Source of the DNA: Candidatus Woesearchaeota archaeon
Lineage (GTDB): Archaea > Nanobdellota > Nanobdellia > SCGC-AAA011-G17 > JAGVZF01
NCBI GenBank assembly: GCA_018302785.1
Contig: JAGVZF010000013.1
Span: forward strand, 10,787 to 74,786
Length of the DNA: 64,000 nucleotides
Direction: 5' to 3'
Made by a program: the position numbers and the translations under genes. The stretch's first letter is position 1. Each line of letters opens with the position of its first letter. Below, one piece after another: positions 1-8,735 of this stretch. The notes beneath the pieces are model-generated. The model was given only the letters and a program-made list of their open reading frames with translations, was not told where the DNA came from and searched no databases.

Positions 1-1748
1 AATTTTCTATTTCCTAAAAGAATTACTTTACTCTTAAATTTAGCTTTAACTCCATGTCCTGGAATAGCTTTAAAATTAGTTATTTTTCCTAATTTTATTC
101 TTTTTTCTTTAGCTTTATTTACAATAGCATCTGCTAAAGGATGCTCAGAATTATTTTCAATCATTCCAGCAAACTTTAAAACTTCACTTTCTTTTGTAAA
201 ACTTATAATATCTGTAACTTCAGGCTTTCCTTTAGTTAAAGTTCCAGTCTTATCAAAGACTATTGTATTTAATTTATGGGCTGTTTCTAAAGCCTCTGCT
301 TTCTTAATTAAAATTCCATACTCTGCTCCTTTTCCAGTTCCAACCATAATAGCAGTGGGAGTTGCTAAACCTAAAGCACAAGGACAAGCAATAATTAAAA
401 CAGAAACAAAATTAACTAATGCAAATGTAAATGCAGGAGCAGGTCCAAAGAAATACCATATAACAAATGTTAAAATTGCAATAACAACTACAATAGGCAC
501 AAAAATTCCACTCACTTTATCAGCTAATCTTTGAATTGGAGCTTTACTGCTTTGGGCATCCTCAACTAATTTAATAATTTGAGCTAACATAGTATCTTTT
601 CCTACTTTAGTAGCTCTAAATCTAAAAACTCCGTTTTTATTTATTGTAGATCCAATTACAATATCATTTTTTTTCTTTTCAACAGGAATACTTTCTCCAG
701 TTATCATTGATTCATCAACACTAGAATTTCCTTCTATAATAATTCCATCAACCGGAATTTTTTCTCCTGGTTTAATTAAAACTATATCCCCAACAATAAC
801 TTCATTAATAGAGATAACAATTTCTTTTTTATTTCTAATTACTCTTGCAGTTTTAGCTTGTAAGCCAATTAATTTTCTTATAGCATCGCTTGTATGACTT
901 TTAGCAATAGCTTCTAAATATCTACCTAAAATTATTAAAGTTATAATTAATGCTGCAGTATCATAATAAACAGCTTTTTTAATACTCTCTCCTAATATGC
1001 TTGGAAAAAAAGTAACAACCATACTATAAATAAAAGCAGCACTAGTTCCTATTGCAATTAAAGAGCTCATATCAGCACTTTTATTCTTTAAAGCAGCCCA
1101 AAATCCCTTATAGAATTGACTTCCAACATAAAATTGAATAGGTAAAGTCAATAAAAATTGTACAATCCAATTACTTAAAAAAGTCTCTGGGATATTTGGA
1201 AAATAATCTCTTAGACTTCCAAATAGAACTAATAAACTTAAAATGGTTCCAACAATTAACTTTTGTCTTAATGTTTTTAGTTCCTTTAATCTAGCTTCCT
1301 TCTCAACATCCTTAGATTCACCAATTACAAAAGCCCCATAACCTGCATTTTCAATAACTTTTTTTAGTTGTTGTGCTGTAACTCTGCTTCCATCATATTC
1401 AACATAAGTCTTACCTTTTATAAAAGAAATATCTACCCTACTGACACCAATAGTTTTACTTAAACTTTTTTTAATTATGCCTTCACAATGAGGACTTTGC
1501 ATCCCTGTAACTCTAAATTCAACTTTAGCATTACTATCTGTTACAATGTATCCTACTTTTTTTACTGCTTCTTTGATATTATTTAAATTAGCCTTACTAT
1601 TATCATATTCAACAACAGCTTTTTCTGTTCCATAATTAACTTGGGCATTTATAATTCCATTAACTTTTTTTATACTTCTTTCTATTGTAACTGCGCAACT
1701 TGCGCAGTGCATTCCTCTAATCCCTAATATCTCCGTCTTAATGGCCAT
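1..1748 (-). CDS. copA: Copper-translocating P1B-type ATPase (CopA-like); the C-terminal part runs off the window edge
   Basis: Own minus-strand translation from the ATG at 1748: [20 protein letters not shown] (HMA, GMxCxxC), a second HMA-like domain ([11 protein letters not shown]), TM CPC motif ([13 protein letters not shown]), phosphorylation motif FDKTGTLT, and SEHPLA. It is absent from the ORF track because no stop lies inside the window. Confidence 0.93.
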   Translation of the reverse strand, partial: MAIKTEILGIRGMHCASCAVTIERSIKKVNGIINAQVNYGTEKAVVEYDNSKANLNNIKEAVKKVGYIVTDSNAKVEFRVTGMQSPHCEGIIKKSLSKTIGVSRVDISFIKGKTYVEYDGSRVTAQQLKKVIENAGYGAFVIGESKDVEKEARLKELKTLRQKLIVGTILSLLVLFGSLRDYFPNIPETFLSNWIVQFLLTLPIQFYVGSQFYKGFWAALKNKSADMSSLIAIGTSAAFIYSMVVTFFPSILGESIKKAVYYDTAALIITLIILGRYLEAIAKSHTSDAIRKLIGLQAKTARVIRNKKEIVISINEVIVGDIVLIKPGEKIPVDGIIIEGNSSVDESMITGESIPVEKKKNDIVIGSTINKNGVFRFRATKVGKDTMLAQIIKLVEDAQSSKAPIQRLADKVSGIFVPIVVVIAILTFVIWYFFGPAPAFTFALVNFVSVLIIACPCALGLATPTAIMVGTGKGAEYGILIKKAEALETAHKLNTIVFDKTGTLTKGKPEVTDIISFTKESEVLKFAGMIENNSEHPLADAIVNKAKEKRIKLGKITNFKAIPGHGVKAKFKSKVILLGNRK

Positions 1749-2327
1749 TTACATTAAATCCTTTTTGAGTTTATCAAACTCCTTTTTGTTTATTTCCCCT
1801 TTTGCATATCTTCTTTTTAATATTTCTAATGAAGTTTCTTTCTTATTGTTCTTAGATAATTTTATAATGATCCACATTATTAATATTATTATTAATATCC
1901 AAAATAACATTATGAAAATATTTCCATAAAATCCAAAAAATGAACTATAATTACCCATCATTCCATAATTTTGCATATTTGTTCTCCCCATCATCATGTT
2001 CACCATACTTGGGGACATTGCATTCTGATCCCCACAATAAAAACTCTTACCCATATTAATATGAACATTTCTTAAAGCTAATGAACCTTCACCACCCATA
2101 ATATTATCCATTTTTTCATGCAACTCTCCAGGATGCATTTGTTCCATATAATAATCCCCTAGAACTTCTAATTGGTCTTCACTTAATTCGCTACAAGAAA
2201 TCCTATTATTAATAATTTTTTGTACTTCCTTAAAATCTTGACTACTTACAAAGCTGTTCATGCTAATTAAAATTAAAATTATTCCAAAAACCAAAAATTT
2301 TCCTAAAGTTCTCATTTCCATCACCAT
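1749..2327 (-). CDS. Met/His-rich secreted or membrane protein with a C-terminal SHOCT-like domain; candidate Cu-binding accessory protein of copA
   Basis: Signal-like N-terminus, Met-rich stretches (MEQMHPGELHEKMDNIMGG, MSPSMVNMMMGRTNMQNYGMMG), one TM, and a C-terminal LEILKRRYAKGEINKKEFDKLKKDL (SHOCT pattern). Its stop directly abuts the copA start. Confidence 0.55.
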   Translation of the reverse strand: MVMEMRTLGKFLVFGIILILISMNSFVSSQDFKEVQKIINNRISCSELSEDQLEVLGDYYMEQMHPGELHEKMDNIMGGEGSLALRNVHINMGKSFYCGDQNAMSPSMVNMMMGRTNMQNYGMMGNYSSFFGFYGNIFIMLFWILIIILIMWIIIKLSKNNKKETSLEILKRRYAKGEINKKEFDKLKKDLM

Positions 2328-2336
2328 ATATCTATA

Positions 2337-2352
2337 TTTAGATATATCTAAA
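2337..2352. promoter_or_regulatory. Perfect 16-bp palindrome TTTAGATATATCTAAA in the divergent copA-operon/regulator intergenic region; candidate operator
   Basis: Read directly from the sequence. It lies between the minus-strand Met-rich/copA unit (start 2327) and the plus-strand wHTH-TRASH regulator (start 2397). Confidence 0.5.
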
Positions 2353-2396
2353 TTTAGAAAAATATATAAACTTTTTGGTTATTATATTATATTTAT

Positions 2397-2973
2397 ATGG
2401 AAAATATAAAAATTAACAATTTAATAAAATTGTATACTATATTGCTTCTAAATAAAGGTAATGTCCATGGTTACGATATTCTTAAACAGTACAATAAGTG
2501 CATCTCAAGTTTATCCGTTTTTAAACGAATTAAAAAGAAAAAAACTAATTCAACTAATTCAAATAAAAAAAGAAGGACAAAGGGACAAAAAGGCATACAG
2601 CCTCACTCCAAACGGCAAGAGATTTATTTCAAACACATTAAAGAAATGGGATGAACTTCTAGAAATTGCTTTTGTAAATAAAATCACTAAATGTTATCAT
2701 TGTGGTTGCGAACTTTACAATAATAAATATAAAAAATTAATAAATAAAATAGAACTACCCTTCTGTTGTTCTCATTGCGCAGATTCTTATAGGGAGATGT
2801 TTAAAAATAACAAATTATATGCTTGTAAAATATGCAGTTTTTCTTATAAAAACAAAAAATTAAAAGATAAATGTCAAAATTGGTGTAAATTACATAAAAG
2901 TTGTAATTTGGAAATTATTAAATATGCAGTTAATCAAGGAGGCAATGATGATAAACAAGAAATTCAAAATTAA
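2397..2973 (+). pseudogene. PadR/ArsR-like wHTH regulator fused to a TRASH-type Cys domain, interrupted by a 1-nt frameshift near 2490-2500
   Basis: Frame of 2397 gives LYTILLLNKGNVHGYDILKQ (PadR helix). Frame of 2461 continues ISASQVYPFLNELKRKKLIQ...KKAYSLTPNGKRF (wing). Then CYHCGCEL...LPFCCSHCADSY (TRASH/YHS-like CxxC...FCSxxC), plus a second Cys cluster CKICSF...CQNWCKLHKSC. Confidence 0.6.
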
Positions 2974-3010
2974 GGGGATGCACTGTAACAGCTGCGAATT
3001 TTTAATTTAA
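2945..3010 (+). other. 21-codon stub encoding only the first strand and metal loop of an HMA domain (MMINKKFKIKGMHCNSCEFLI*)
   Basis: Own translation. It overlaps the end of the regulator ORF and sits 18 nt upstream of the next HMA motif. Confidence 0.4.
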
Positions 3011-3027
3011 AACTAAGAATATCAGGT

Positions 3028-3933
3028 ATGCATTGTGAATCTTGTGAAATTACATTAAAGAGAGCTTTTAAAAAACTAAATGATGTTAAAGATGTAAAAC
3101 TCTCTTATGATAATGAAATTGCAGAAATTATTTATAATCCGGATATAAACATAGACTCAGTAATTGAAACAATAAGGTCCGTAGGTTATGACGCAACAGT
3201 TTATGATGGAAAAAACATAGACATTGAAAAACCAAAATTTAGCCATTATGTTAATTCTTTATTAGACAAAAAAAATGAAGTTGAAGGAAGTTTAATCAAA
3301 ATAACTATTCTTACTTTTATTACTTTACTTGGTATTCAAGCAATTGCATATTATGGATTTTTTATGGATATCCCAGAATTTTGGTCAAGATTTGGCTATT
3401 ATATTATTTTTCTAATTATTAGTATTGTATTAAGTGCAGTTGCTGTGTGGCATGTAAAAGCTTATGGTAATAATTTTACTTGCACGACGGGGATGATGAT
3501 TGGAATGACTATAGGTATGGTATCAGGTTTTTTAATTGGATTAATGGTTGGAGCAACAAATGGTATGTTTATAGGCTCTGTTGCAGGAATTGTAATTGGA
3601 ATGGTTGTTGGTACTTGGACTGGAATGTGTTGTGGTGTTATGGGAACTATAGAAGGTATGATGGCTGGTCTAATGGGTGGTTTGATGGGGTCAATGACTT
3701 CATTAATGTTGTTAAATGATCACCTTAAATTAATCATCCCAATTTTAGTAGTTGCATCTTCAGTAATTTTAATAGGCCTTGATTATCTTATCTTCAAGGA
3801 AACTACTGGAACTCAAATTCGTAAAATTAATAAACAGAGCTTCTTACCTTTTTTAACAGTCTGTTTCATAACAATGATGCTATTAACATGGTTAATGGTA
3901 TATGGTCCAAAATCAGCTTTATTTAGATTTTAA
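3028..3933 (+). CDS. HMA-domain protein fused to a Gly/Met-rich polytopic membrane domain
   Basis: MHCESCEITLKRAFKKLNDVKDV...GYDATV (HMA), then TM helices including TGMMIGMTIGMVSGFLIGLMVGATNGMFIGSVAGIVIGMVVGTWTGMCCGVMG. The first HMA strand (LKLRISG) is encoded in-frame upstream of the ATG but has no start codon. Confidence 0.6.
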   Translation: MHCESCEITLKRAFKKLNDVKDVKLSYDNEIAEIIYNPDINIDSVIETIRSVGYDATVYDGKNIDIEKPKFSHYVNSLLDKKNEVEGSLIKITILTFITLLGIQAIAYYGFFMDIPEFWSRFGYYIIFLIISIVLSAVAVWHVKAYGNNFTCTTGMMIGMTIGMVSGFLIGLMVGATNGMFIGSVAGIVIGMVVGTWTGMCCGVMGTIEGMMAGLMGGLMGSMTSLMLLNDHLKLIIPILVVASSVILIGLDYLIFKETTGTQIRKINKQSFLPFLTVCFITMMLLTWLMVYGPKSALFRF

Positions 3934-3935
3934 AA

Positions 3936-4373
3936 ATGTCAGAAGAAATTAAGTTTAAGAAAAGTAATATTATAGGAATTTTAGGAATAGTAATTATAGT
4001 TGTATTTGTTCTAGTTGCAGTAAGAAATGCAATTTCAAAAGACAATAATATTGGTACTGATCTTGTTAAGGGAGGAGATTCTGGAGGAAATAAAGTTGTT
4101 ATAGATGGAGACACTCAAATAATTAACTTGGGCGTTGCAAATTACAATTATGATCCTTCGGAAATTAGTGTTAAATCCGGCAAGTCAGTTAAGATTATAG
4201 GTAATATGCAACAGCTTCAAGGGTGCTTAAGGGCCTTTACAATACCAAAAATGGGGATATCAAAGGTCTTTAGTAATAAAGATAATATACTTGAATTTAC
4301 ACCAACTCAAAAAGGAAGATTTGGCTTTAGTTGTTCAATGGGCATGGGAACAGGTACCTTAATTGTAGAATGA
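3936..4373 (+). CDS. Membrane-anchored cupredoxin-like domain protein (Cupredoxin_1 type)
   Basis: N-terminal TM, then YDPSEISVKSGKSVKI...C...FTIPKMGI...EFTPTQKGRFGFSCSMGMGTGTLIVE, the pattern of small cupredoxin-like proteins found in metal operons. Confidence 0.65.
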   Translation: MSEEIKFKKSNIIGILGIVIIVVFVLVAVRNAISKDNNIGTDLVKGGDSGGNKVVIDGDTQIINLGVANYNYDPSEISVKSGKSVKIIGNMQQLQGCLRAFTIPKMGISKVFSNKDNILEFTPTQKGRFGFSCSMGMGTGTLIVE

Positions 4374-4840
4374 TTAAGTCTGTTTTTAAGAGGCCATATA
4401 TTTATTTTTTCATTCTAATTTTCATTGTTTATCTAACACTTGATATTATTATAAGTCAATTTTATGTAACTATTAGATACATCCCAAAATATCTAAACAC
4501 AATAAATTGGTTTGAATTAGGATTATCTATTTTTCTTACATTGGTTATAGCCTTTCTAGTTTCCTTGACACTTTTACTTTCGTATTTAAAATACAAACAA
4601 AGACAGAACGTTAAAAAGGGACTTACAGTAGCAGCTTTGGGGACTACTGGTGGATTTGCAGCAGGAGTTTGTACTGCTTGCGTTGCAGGAATTTTTCCGT
4701 TTATTTTTTCTTTATTTGGCATTAGTTTCTCATGGCTTTCTCTTCCTTTTAAAGGACTTGAATTTCAAATTTTTGTTATAATTTTATTAATTATAAGTTT
4801 ATATTTATTAAATAAAAGCGATCATATAAAAATTCGATGA
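4370..4840 (+). CDS. Polytopic membrane protein with an intramembrane CxxC (GGFAAGVCTACVAGIFPF)
   Basis: The ATG at 4370 overlaps the upstream stop (ATGA). 4-5 hydrophobic segments. Function unknown. Confidence 0.5.
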   Translation: MIKSVFKRPYIYFFILIFIVYLTLDIIISQFYVTIRYIPKYLNTINWFELGLSIFLTLVIAFLVSLTLLLSYLKYKQRQNVKKGLTVAALGTTGGFAAGVCTACVAGIFPFIFSLFGISFSWLSLPFKGLEFQIFVIILLIISLYLLNKSDHIKIR

Positions 4841-4870
4841 ATTTTTATATCTAAAAGGAAGCAAAAAAAT

Positions 4871-5422
4871 ATGGAAATTTTAATTAAAAACAAAATTTTA
4901 GGATTAATATTAATCGGAATGGCAATAATATTCTTAATAGCAGTAGTTATATTTAAAATTCAAATAGATAATCTAACTAACTCTTTAATGGAAGAAAGTG
5001 GTGGCACATGCATAAGTGAAGGTAAATGCCTTCATGAACAAAGTGATTTACCAGTATATGTTGGCGTAGCCATAGTCTTCATCAATTTAGCGCTTGGAAT
5101 TTATTTACTTATATTTGAAAAAACAAAAGAAAAATCAGAAAAAATACAAAAAGAAATAATTTACACTTTAAAAGAAACTAGAAAGAAACAAGATTACGAT
5201 GAAAAATTTGATTTCTTATTAAAAGCATTAAATGATGATGAAAAAAATATCATGAAAGCCTTAAAGGAGCAAGATGGTATTGAACAAGCTACCTTAAGAA
5301 TAAGAACAAATATGAGTAAGACAAAATTAAGCATAGTCTTATCAGAATTAGAAAAAAAAGGACTAGTTAAAAAAGTTCCAGAAGGCAAAAAGAATAGAAT
5401 ATACCTAAAAAACGCTTTCTGA
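4871..5422 (+). CDS. Membrane-anchored winged-helix transcriptional regulator
   Basis: Two TM segments flank an extracytoplasmic loop with GGTCISEGKCLHE. The C-terminal part is MarR/TrmB-like: NIMKALKEQDGIEQATLRIRTNMSKTKLSIVLSELEKKGLVKKV. Confidence 0.55.
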   Translation: MEILIKNKILGLILIGMAIIFLIAVVIFKIQIDNLTNSLMEESGGTCISEGKCLHEQSDLPVYVGVAIVFINLALGIYLLIFEKTKEKSEKIQKEIIYTLKETRKKQDYDEKFDFLLKALNDDEKNIMKALKEQDGIEQATLRIRTNMSKTKLSIVLSELEKKGLVKKVPEGKKNRIYLKNAF

Positions 5423-5537
5423 ACGATTTTGAACATAAATTTGGCTATTCTGAACAATATTGACGTCTCAGTTTCATGGGTTAATTATATCATATAACTC
5501 CTCTACCCATTTTTAACAAAATTATTGGAGGTTAAAA

Positions 5538-6290
5538 ATGGAAGAAGAAATAAATTCAAAAAGTAAAAATTTATGGGAGAAGGCAATTATTGCAGTTTTA
5601 GTAATAGGTCTGTCCTTTGCTACATTTAACCAATTTCAAATTAGCTCAATAGGAACAGGTAAAGAAATTCCAACAGGAATGTCAACTGTACAAGCTGCGG
5701 TAATTCCAACAGGTATCCCAAAAATATATGGGTCTGAGCTTAATATTAAATACGATGACGTTAGTGTTAATGATGCAGCAAAAGCTGACCAAACAATAAA
5801 GCTTTTGGGAAATCTAGATAATACTATAACTTTAGAAGGTAGTAATTTAGATAGATATGTAGAAATTGCTTCCCAAATGAGTTGTGAGTATTGTTGCGGT
5901 GCTAAATCAATAATATTTACAAAAGAAGACATTACAAGCCTTGAATCTAAAATACAAGAGGCAATTGCAGCTGGAAAATTAACAGAAGATCAAGCCAAAA
6001 CATACAGAAGAAAAGCAGGAGAAGCAGCATGCGGTTGTGCACATAGTTTTGCTATGAGAGGAATTGCTAAGTATTTAATCAAGAATCATGGATCAGAGTT
6101 TACTAATGAAGAAATCTTAAATGAAATGGCTAAATGGAAAACTTTGTTCTTTCCAACTCAAATGACAGCAAAAGCAGAAGCACTAAAGAGCCAAGGAATT
6201 GAATTTAGTTATTCAAATTTAGGTAGCAATAAATACAGAGGCATTGAAAGTGGCTCATCCTCTAATGGAGGAATGGTAGGAGGTTGTTAA
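5538..6290 (+). CDS. Membrane-anchored Cys-rich protein of unknown function ending in MVGGC
   Basis: N-terminal TM plus FQISS motif, Cys clusters SCEYCCGA and AACGCAHSFAMRG, and C-terminus SSSNGGMVGGC. Confidence 0.5.
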   Translation: MEEEINSKSKNLWEKAIIAVLVIGLSFATFNQFQISSIGTGKEIPTGMSTVQAAVIPTGIPKIYGSELNIKYDDVSVNDAAKADQTIKLLGNLDNTITLEGSNLDRYVEIASQMSCEYCCGAKSIIFTKEDITSLESKIQEAIAAGKLTEDQAKTYRRKAGEAACGCAHSFAMRGIAKYLIKNHGSEFTNEEILNEMAKWKTLFFPTQMTAKAEALKSQGIEFSYSNLGSNKYRGIESGSSSNGGMVGGC

Positions 6291-6292
6291 AG

Positions 6293-6568
6293 ATGAAACT
6301 AAATGCAAAACATTTTATTTTCACAATGACAACTTTTGTTGCAGTAGTATATATTATATGTGCAATACTTATTTTAATGGCACCTGTGACATCAATAAAA
6401 ATAGCTAACTTACTATTTCATGGACTTGACCTAACAAAAATATCAAGAACAATAGGTTTTGTTGACATAGTTTATGGATTTATAGTTAGCACTATTGCAA
6501 CAGTAATATATTCAGCAATTTTCGTGACAATTTGGAATTATTTTTATGATAGAATGGAGGTAAAATAA
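6293..6568 (+). CDS. Small 3-TM membrane protein
   Basis: The ORF-track frame was trimmed to the first ATG (6293), just after the upstream stop. Hydrophobic throughout. Confidence 0.45.
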   Translation: MKLNAKHFIFTMTTFVAVVYIICAILILMAPVTSIKIANLLFHGLDLTKISRTIGFVDIVYGFIVSTIATVIYSAIFVTIWNYFYDRMEVK

Positions 6569-6570
6569 AG

Positions 6571-6801
6571 ATGAAAAGCTTAACCATAATGGGAGTGATT
6601 GCAGTAGCTCTTTTAGTTTTTGTAGCTATTCAATCATTCCAAATAAGTGCTTTAAAAAATAGCATTAGTGGAAATGTAGTAGAATCTAGCAGCGGCAGCT
6701 CTGGTGAAAGCTACAACGATATGATGGCTAGAATGCATCCGGATCAAGTTACAAAAAGCACTAGCCCATCAAGCCAGCCAACTATGGTAGGTGGTTGCTA
6801 A
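6571..6801 (+). CDS. Small membrane-anchored Ser/Met-rich protein ending in MVGGC
   Basis: TM plus IQSFQISALK, a Ser-rich linker, MMARMHPDQ, and C-terminus SSQPTMVGGC. Its stop abuts the start of the Trx-CcdA gene. Confidence 0.5.
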   Translation: MKSLTIMGVIAVALLVFVAIQSFQISALKNSISGNVVESSSGSSGESYNDMMARMHPDQVTKSTSPSSQPTMVGGC

Positions 6802-7983
6802 ATGAAAAAACTTTTTTTTATTTTTTTATTTTTTTTATTAGTAATTCCATTTGCTTTAGCAAGTAGCAAAGTAATAATATATCAAAATTCTGCATGTGGT
6901 CATTGCTCAGTTTACCTTAATACTTTTAAACAACTTCTTAATGAAAAATCTATCCAGTATGATGAAAAAAATATTATAGCTGACAAAGAAGCACTTCAAG
7001 AATTAAATGAATTTACTAAAAAGAGAAACATTCCATTTGAACTTCAAGGTCATATGGTTATTGTATTTAATGAAGTAGTATTAGAAGGCCATGTTCCATT
7101 TCCAGTTATAGAAGAATTATTTGAAAAATATCCTAATTATGACTTCCCTAAATTAGTTATATACCAAGATTCGATGGAGGATCTTGTTACAGATTATATC
7201 ATTTTAGATCAAGATGGAAATAAAAAAGAGTGTACTACTGCTAACTCAATAGAAGATTGTAAATTAACTAATAATAAAGAAAAAAATATTATAGATAAAT
7301 CCTTACCAATCTTAGTTATTGTTAATGGATTATTTGCAGGTATTCACCCTTGCACAATAAGTGTTTTACTATTCTTTATAGCATTTTTATTCACAATAAA
7401 AAAATCTAGATTAGGCATATTTAAAATAGGTCTAGCCTACATATTAGGGATATTTATAGCTTATTTAGCTATAGGTTTAGGAATACTAAAAGCTTTATCA
7501 TTTAGTAATAGCCCTCATTTGGCAGCAAAAATAAGTGCTGTATTAGTAATTACCTTAGGGATAATAAATTTAATAGGTTTCTTTTACAAAAAAAGAAAAA
7601 TATCCTTAGGACTTCCAAAGATACTAAAACCAAAAGTTGCAGAGTTACTTCAAAAATCTACAATTCCAGCAGTTTTTATTGTTGGATTAATTGTAGGTAT
7701 TTGCTCGTTTGGTTGTACAGCAGGTATTTATTTATCTATAACTAGTTTATTATTGGCAAATTCTACCTATATGCAAGGCTTAGGCTATTTATTATTGTAT
7801 AATATTATGTTTGTACTTCCTTTAGTTTTAATATTGGTATTTGCTTCAACAACTAAGATAGTAAATAAAGTAACTAAATGGGAAGAATCTGAAAAGAAAT
7901 ATATAAAATTAATAGCGGGAATAATAATGATATTATTAGGATTATTAATTTTGGGGATAACATACATGCCTAAAGGAGGTTAA
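6802..7983 (+). CDS. Thioredoxin-fold domain fused to a CcdA/DsbD-like transmembrane thiol-disulfide electron transporter
   Basis: Signal, NSACGHCSVY (CxxC), then a 6-TM region with the conserved Cys in GIHPCTISVLLFF and GICSFGCTAGIY. Confidence 0.7.
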   Translation: MKKLFFIFLFFLLVIPFALASSKVIIYQNSACGHCSVYLNTFKQLLNEKSIQYDEKNIIADKEALQELNEFTKKRNIPFELQGHMVIVFNEVVLEGHVPFPVIEELFEKYPNYDFPKLVIYQDSMEDLVTDYIILDQDGNKKECTTANSIEDCKLTNNKEKNIIDKSLPILVIVNGLFAGIHPCTISVLLFFIAFLFTIKKSRLGIFKIGLAYILGIFIAYLAIGLGILKALSFSNSPHLAAKISAVLVITLGIINLIGFFYKKRKISLGLPKILKPKVAELLQKSTIPAVFIVGLIVGICSFGCTAGIYLSITSLLLANSTYMQGLGYLLLYNIMFVLPLVLILVFASTTKIVNKVTKWEESEKKYIKLIAGIIMILLGLLILGITYMPKGG

Positions 7984-7984
7984 A

Positions 7985-8140
7985 ATGTTCGGTTTTAAGA
8001 AAAAAGATCCAATTTGTGGAATGAAACAAAGTGAAAATGGAATAGTAAAATATAGGCAATGGTTTTGCTCTAATAAATGTCTAGACATATATGAAAAAGG
8101 AATAAAAAAGATGAGTAAAAAACAAAGTTGCTGCAGCTAA
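7985..8140 (+). CDS. 51-aa YHS/TRASH-type metal-binding mini-protein
   Basis: Own translation: MFGFKKKDPICGMKQSENGIVKYRQWFCSNKCLDIYEKGIKKMSKKQSCCS. It has the DPxCGM...FCSxxC pattern and is tightly packed between its neighbours. Too short for the ORF track. Confidence 0.6.
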   Translation: MFGFKKKDPICGMKQSENGIVKYRQWFCSNKCLDIYEKGIKKMSKKQSCCS

Positions 8141-8141
8141 A

Positions 8142-8732
8142 ATGAAGAAAGTAATTGAAAGTAGGTTAAAAAAGAAATATTTAGTACAAAAACCAATATT
8201 TTTCGGATTAATTGGAAGCTTAATTTTACTTAGTCTATATTTCTTAGTCTTAATTTTGGCAAATTCACCACAGCATGCTATTCAAGAATTTGCAAGAATG
8301 TGGTATTGGATACTTTTTTTGGTTATTGGTTTTGGTATTCAAATTGGCTTATATACATATATAAGATCTTATATTAAATTAAAAAGTATTTTAGGTATAA
8401 AGGGAAATATTGCAGCTACCGGAAGTGTTTCAACAGCTTCTATGCTGGCTTGCTGCGCTCATCATTTGTCAGATATTTTACCAATTATTGGACTAAGCGC
8501 TGCAGCAATTTTCTTTAACAAATATCAAATATTATTTATTATAATAGGTCTTTTATCTAACATAATGGGGATAGTTTATATGTTGAGAATTATTCAAAAA
8601 CACAATTTGTATGAAGAAGATGGTCTCACAAAAAAGTTGATGACGGCTAATTTTCAAACTATATTTTATTACACTTTAAGTCTAAGTGTAATAATTTTTA
8701 TTATAGCTTTATTAATAATAAGGAGGAACTAA
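8142..8732 (+). CDS. Polytopic membrane protein with an intramembrane CC-HH motif (SMLACCAHHLSDILP)
   Basis: ORF track. 5-6 hydrophobic segments. Function unknown. Confidence 0.45.
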   Translation: MKKVIESRLKKKYLVQKPIFFGLIGSLILLSLYFLVLILANSPQHAIQEFARMWYWILFLVIGFGIQIGLYTYIRSYIKLKSILGIKGNIAATGSVSTASMLACCAHHLSDILPIIGLSAAAIFFNKYQILFIIIGLLSNIMGIVYMLRIIQKHNLYEEDGLTKKLMTANFQTIFYYTLSLSVIIFIIALLIIRRN

Positions 8733-8735
8733 AAT

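Noticed and set aside
1741-1929. 62-aa plus-strand ORF overlapping the Met-rich/SHOCT gene
   Set aside because: It is antisense to a better-supported gene and its low-complexity Ile/Phe/Asn composition is typical of AT-rich shadow ORFs. The same reasoning applies to 3923-4114, 4462-4722, 5194-5457, 5636-5932, 7785-7967, 9598-9816, 9753-9971, 12729-13007, 15519-15701, 16591-16800, 17323-17505, 18133-18399, 20066-20359, 22060-22254, 26460-26774, 28834-29220, 29232-29462, 35217-35471, 37300-37584, 40510-40761, 41527-41718, 42717-42956, 43317-43526, 45249-45485, 50977-51231, 51393-51578, 53407-53595, 54272-54715, 57328-57594 and 57429-57614.
2397-2654. Treating 2397-2654 and 2461-2973 as two separate overlapping genes
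   Set aside because: The two frames carry consecutive halves of one PadR-like winged helix, and the tail of the first ORF is a poly-Lys/Ser nonsense read. A frameshifted single gene explains it better.
3480-3719. 79-aa Trp/Gly/Asn/Asp-rich ORF in an alternative frame of the HMA-membrane gene
   Set aside because: It is a by-product of the repetitive GGN-ATG-ATT coding of the Gly/Met-rich helices. It has no independent start context or motif.
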